Assembly (NCBI RefSeq): GCF_030028105.1
Contig: NC_092386.1
Coordinates: 35,084,347 to 35,148,346, forward strand
Direction of reading: 5' to 3'
Source: Mobula birostris
Taxonomy: Eukaryota
DNA: 64,000 nucleotides
The translations under genes and the position numbers were made by a program. Shown one piece after another: positions 62,010 to 64,000 of this stretch. Within the stretch, counting starts at the first letter, position 1. Every line of letters starts with the position of its first letter. The notes below the pieces were generated by a model. The model made no database searches, was not told where the DNA came from, and saw only the letters and a program-made list of their open reading frames with translations.

Positions 62010-64000
62010 CTGTAAAAATTGGCGAGGGTCACGAGGGAAATGCTGAATTTCCATCTGAGAAGTGGAGGTGCTGATATGCTTTCTTGGCCATACCATCTAC
62101 AGTACAAGGCTAGATCAGGATAAATTTTTGGTGATATTTGCACCCAGAAACTTAAAGCATTCAACAATTTCCACTTTAGTAGGATGGTAATTGACGGGGA
62201 TGTGAACTGACTGGTTAGCAGCTTACCTAATTACCTACAGTGATTTTACTTGAAAAATAATCTAATAGCTGTGAATAATTTTGTGTGTGTGAAGGATAAC
62301 ACACATTCACATCTGATTGATATTTATATTCTAATATTAGGATATAAGGTTGAATTGTTTTTATTAACCTGCTGCAGCATCTCTTTAAGAGCTCAACATA
62401 CAGTACATAGAAAAAAATTGTTTTGAAACTGTGTAACAGAGCGAGCAGATGGTCTACTCTTTACTGAAGAGTTACTGATTACTATCCTTGTTATTTGCTG
62501 CAAGTGATTTTAAATCTGATGACAGATTTAGGTTTCATGTAATTGGAAGGGGTTGGTTTCTATTATTAGATTTTTTGTCACTGTGAAAATGCTTTTGCCA
62601 TGTTTAAAAGAAATGATTTAAGATGATGCTTTATTGTCATATAGTTTAATGGCAAGTCATATATCAAATGAAAGTCTTTCTTGCATACTCTGAGATAACT
62701 ATATTGTAATGCTTTTTGCTGCTCTGTCACTGGTATTTATTTTCTCCTAGAAACTTGCATGAACAGAGACAACTTTTATACTGTAGTACCTCAAAACCTT
62801 CTGATAGTTTTGAATAGTAACATAATTTTCAGTATCAGCAGAATTTCTCGGGTTTAACATAATTTATTGCTTATTTTTTCCTGATCAATTGCATAGTAGC
62901 TTCAGTGCTGCTTTAATTCAGTGCAAAGCTCTATGTTTTTTACAATTAGACACTTGGGATGCCTTTTTGTGTCTTTTAAGATTGTTCAGGCTGCAATAGA
63001 TTTACTGCAGTGAGTACTGCCACCCACTATTATAATAGCAAGGAATATAAAAGAAAAATACAGCTAGAAAAATGCTTACAATTTAAAAAAACTCAGCATT
63101 GTAAATTACACCAGTAGAAATATTCAGTTGGATGTTGAAATCTGGACCAAAATATAAACTTTGGGAAGAACTCTCTATTTTCAAATGGCAAGTGGTGAAA
63201 AGTCAGATATTTTCAGAGCAATTTGCTGATATATTATTAGCATGCACAATGGAGAAGAAATATGCATAACAATATTCATTTACTGTGTATTGAATTAATA
63301 ATTGTATTACTTTAATGCAATTAATTATGTTATTATAAAGCAAATCTACCGACAGTTGGTGCACAGGAAATTTACGGATATATGATCCACACAACCAACT
63401 TGTTAGTTTAATTTTGATGTTAGGTTGTGGGATGATTGCAGGTCAAGGTACTGAAAGGATAATAATGCCTACCATGTAGTGTAATAGTATCTCTAATACT
63501 CATTTGAGCCATCATCCTCACTTTAATAAAGCACCAGACATTGGAAAACCAATGTTCCCCCTTTATTGCGTTGGGTTGTCAACAAAGTTTATGTGTTAAA
63601 AATCCAGTGATAGATCTGAACTACGTTTGTACAACCTTCTACCTGCAATTGAGGATGCTTTTGGTAGAACCAAGATGACAATTTATTGAACGAGATGTAG
63701 AAAGCAAATGCAAAATGAGGTATCTTTATCTAAATCTGATAAAAAACTGAATAAATGTGAAGAAGGGGAATGTTTTTGCCTTGATTTTCATGTATTAAAG
63801 AGCCAATGATACATTGCCTTTGTTATTCCAGGTGCTACTTAAACAAGTTGTAAGGAAGCCAGCTTCAGGAAATGCTGCTGAGTATTTTTAAAAAAACATT
63901 AATCATTTTCTTAGTATATGACCCCTTGCATTATAGGTTATTTTGCTCCTCAGTAACGGTGCACATTGCAATTTTCTGTAATGTGAGGCTATGTCATTTG

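Noticed and set aside
63832-63880. Candidate MFSD3 exon 2 after ttattccAG
   Set aside because: In-frame TAA follows almost immediately and there is no EQG motif.
1-64000. CRISPR arrays, rRNA, tRNA genes or prokaryote-like operons
   Set aside because: None seen; the DNA is vertebrate, and the tRNA-like boxes belong to SINE heads.

Overview
Eukaryotic, repeat-rich vertebrate DNA, most likely a cartilaginous fish such as a ray (inferred from the mix of CR1, Rex/Babar, Penelope and V-SINE repeats). Two host genes are supported. (1) A complete 13-exon annexin A1-like gene on +: TATA promoter at ~19362, non-coding exon 1, and 12 coding exons (21295-36329) that splice into an intact 338-aa ORF with the classic annexin exon sizes. 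(2) The first coding exon of MFSD3 (47207-47876, +), downstream of a CpG-rich promoter (~43.3-44.6 kb); the rest of MFSD3 lies beyond the window. Most other sequence is decayed or nested transposable elements: CR1, Rex/Babar, RTE and R4/Dong LINEs, Penelope-like elements with hammerhead-ribozyme motifs, V-SINEs, solo LTRs, a mariner-derived MITE, and a hAT>hAT>Tigger composite. Nearly all other ORFs in the track are TE fragments or noise. I found no clearly new biological system. The best leads are the identity of the annexin paralogue, the chimeric hAT element carrying a Tigger transposase, the hammerhead motifs and a SINE abutting an annexin splice acceptor. All family assignments come from motif recognition, not database searches.
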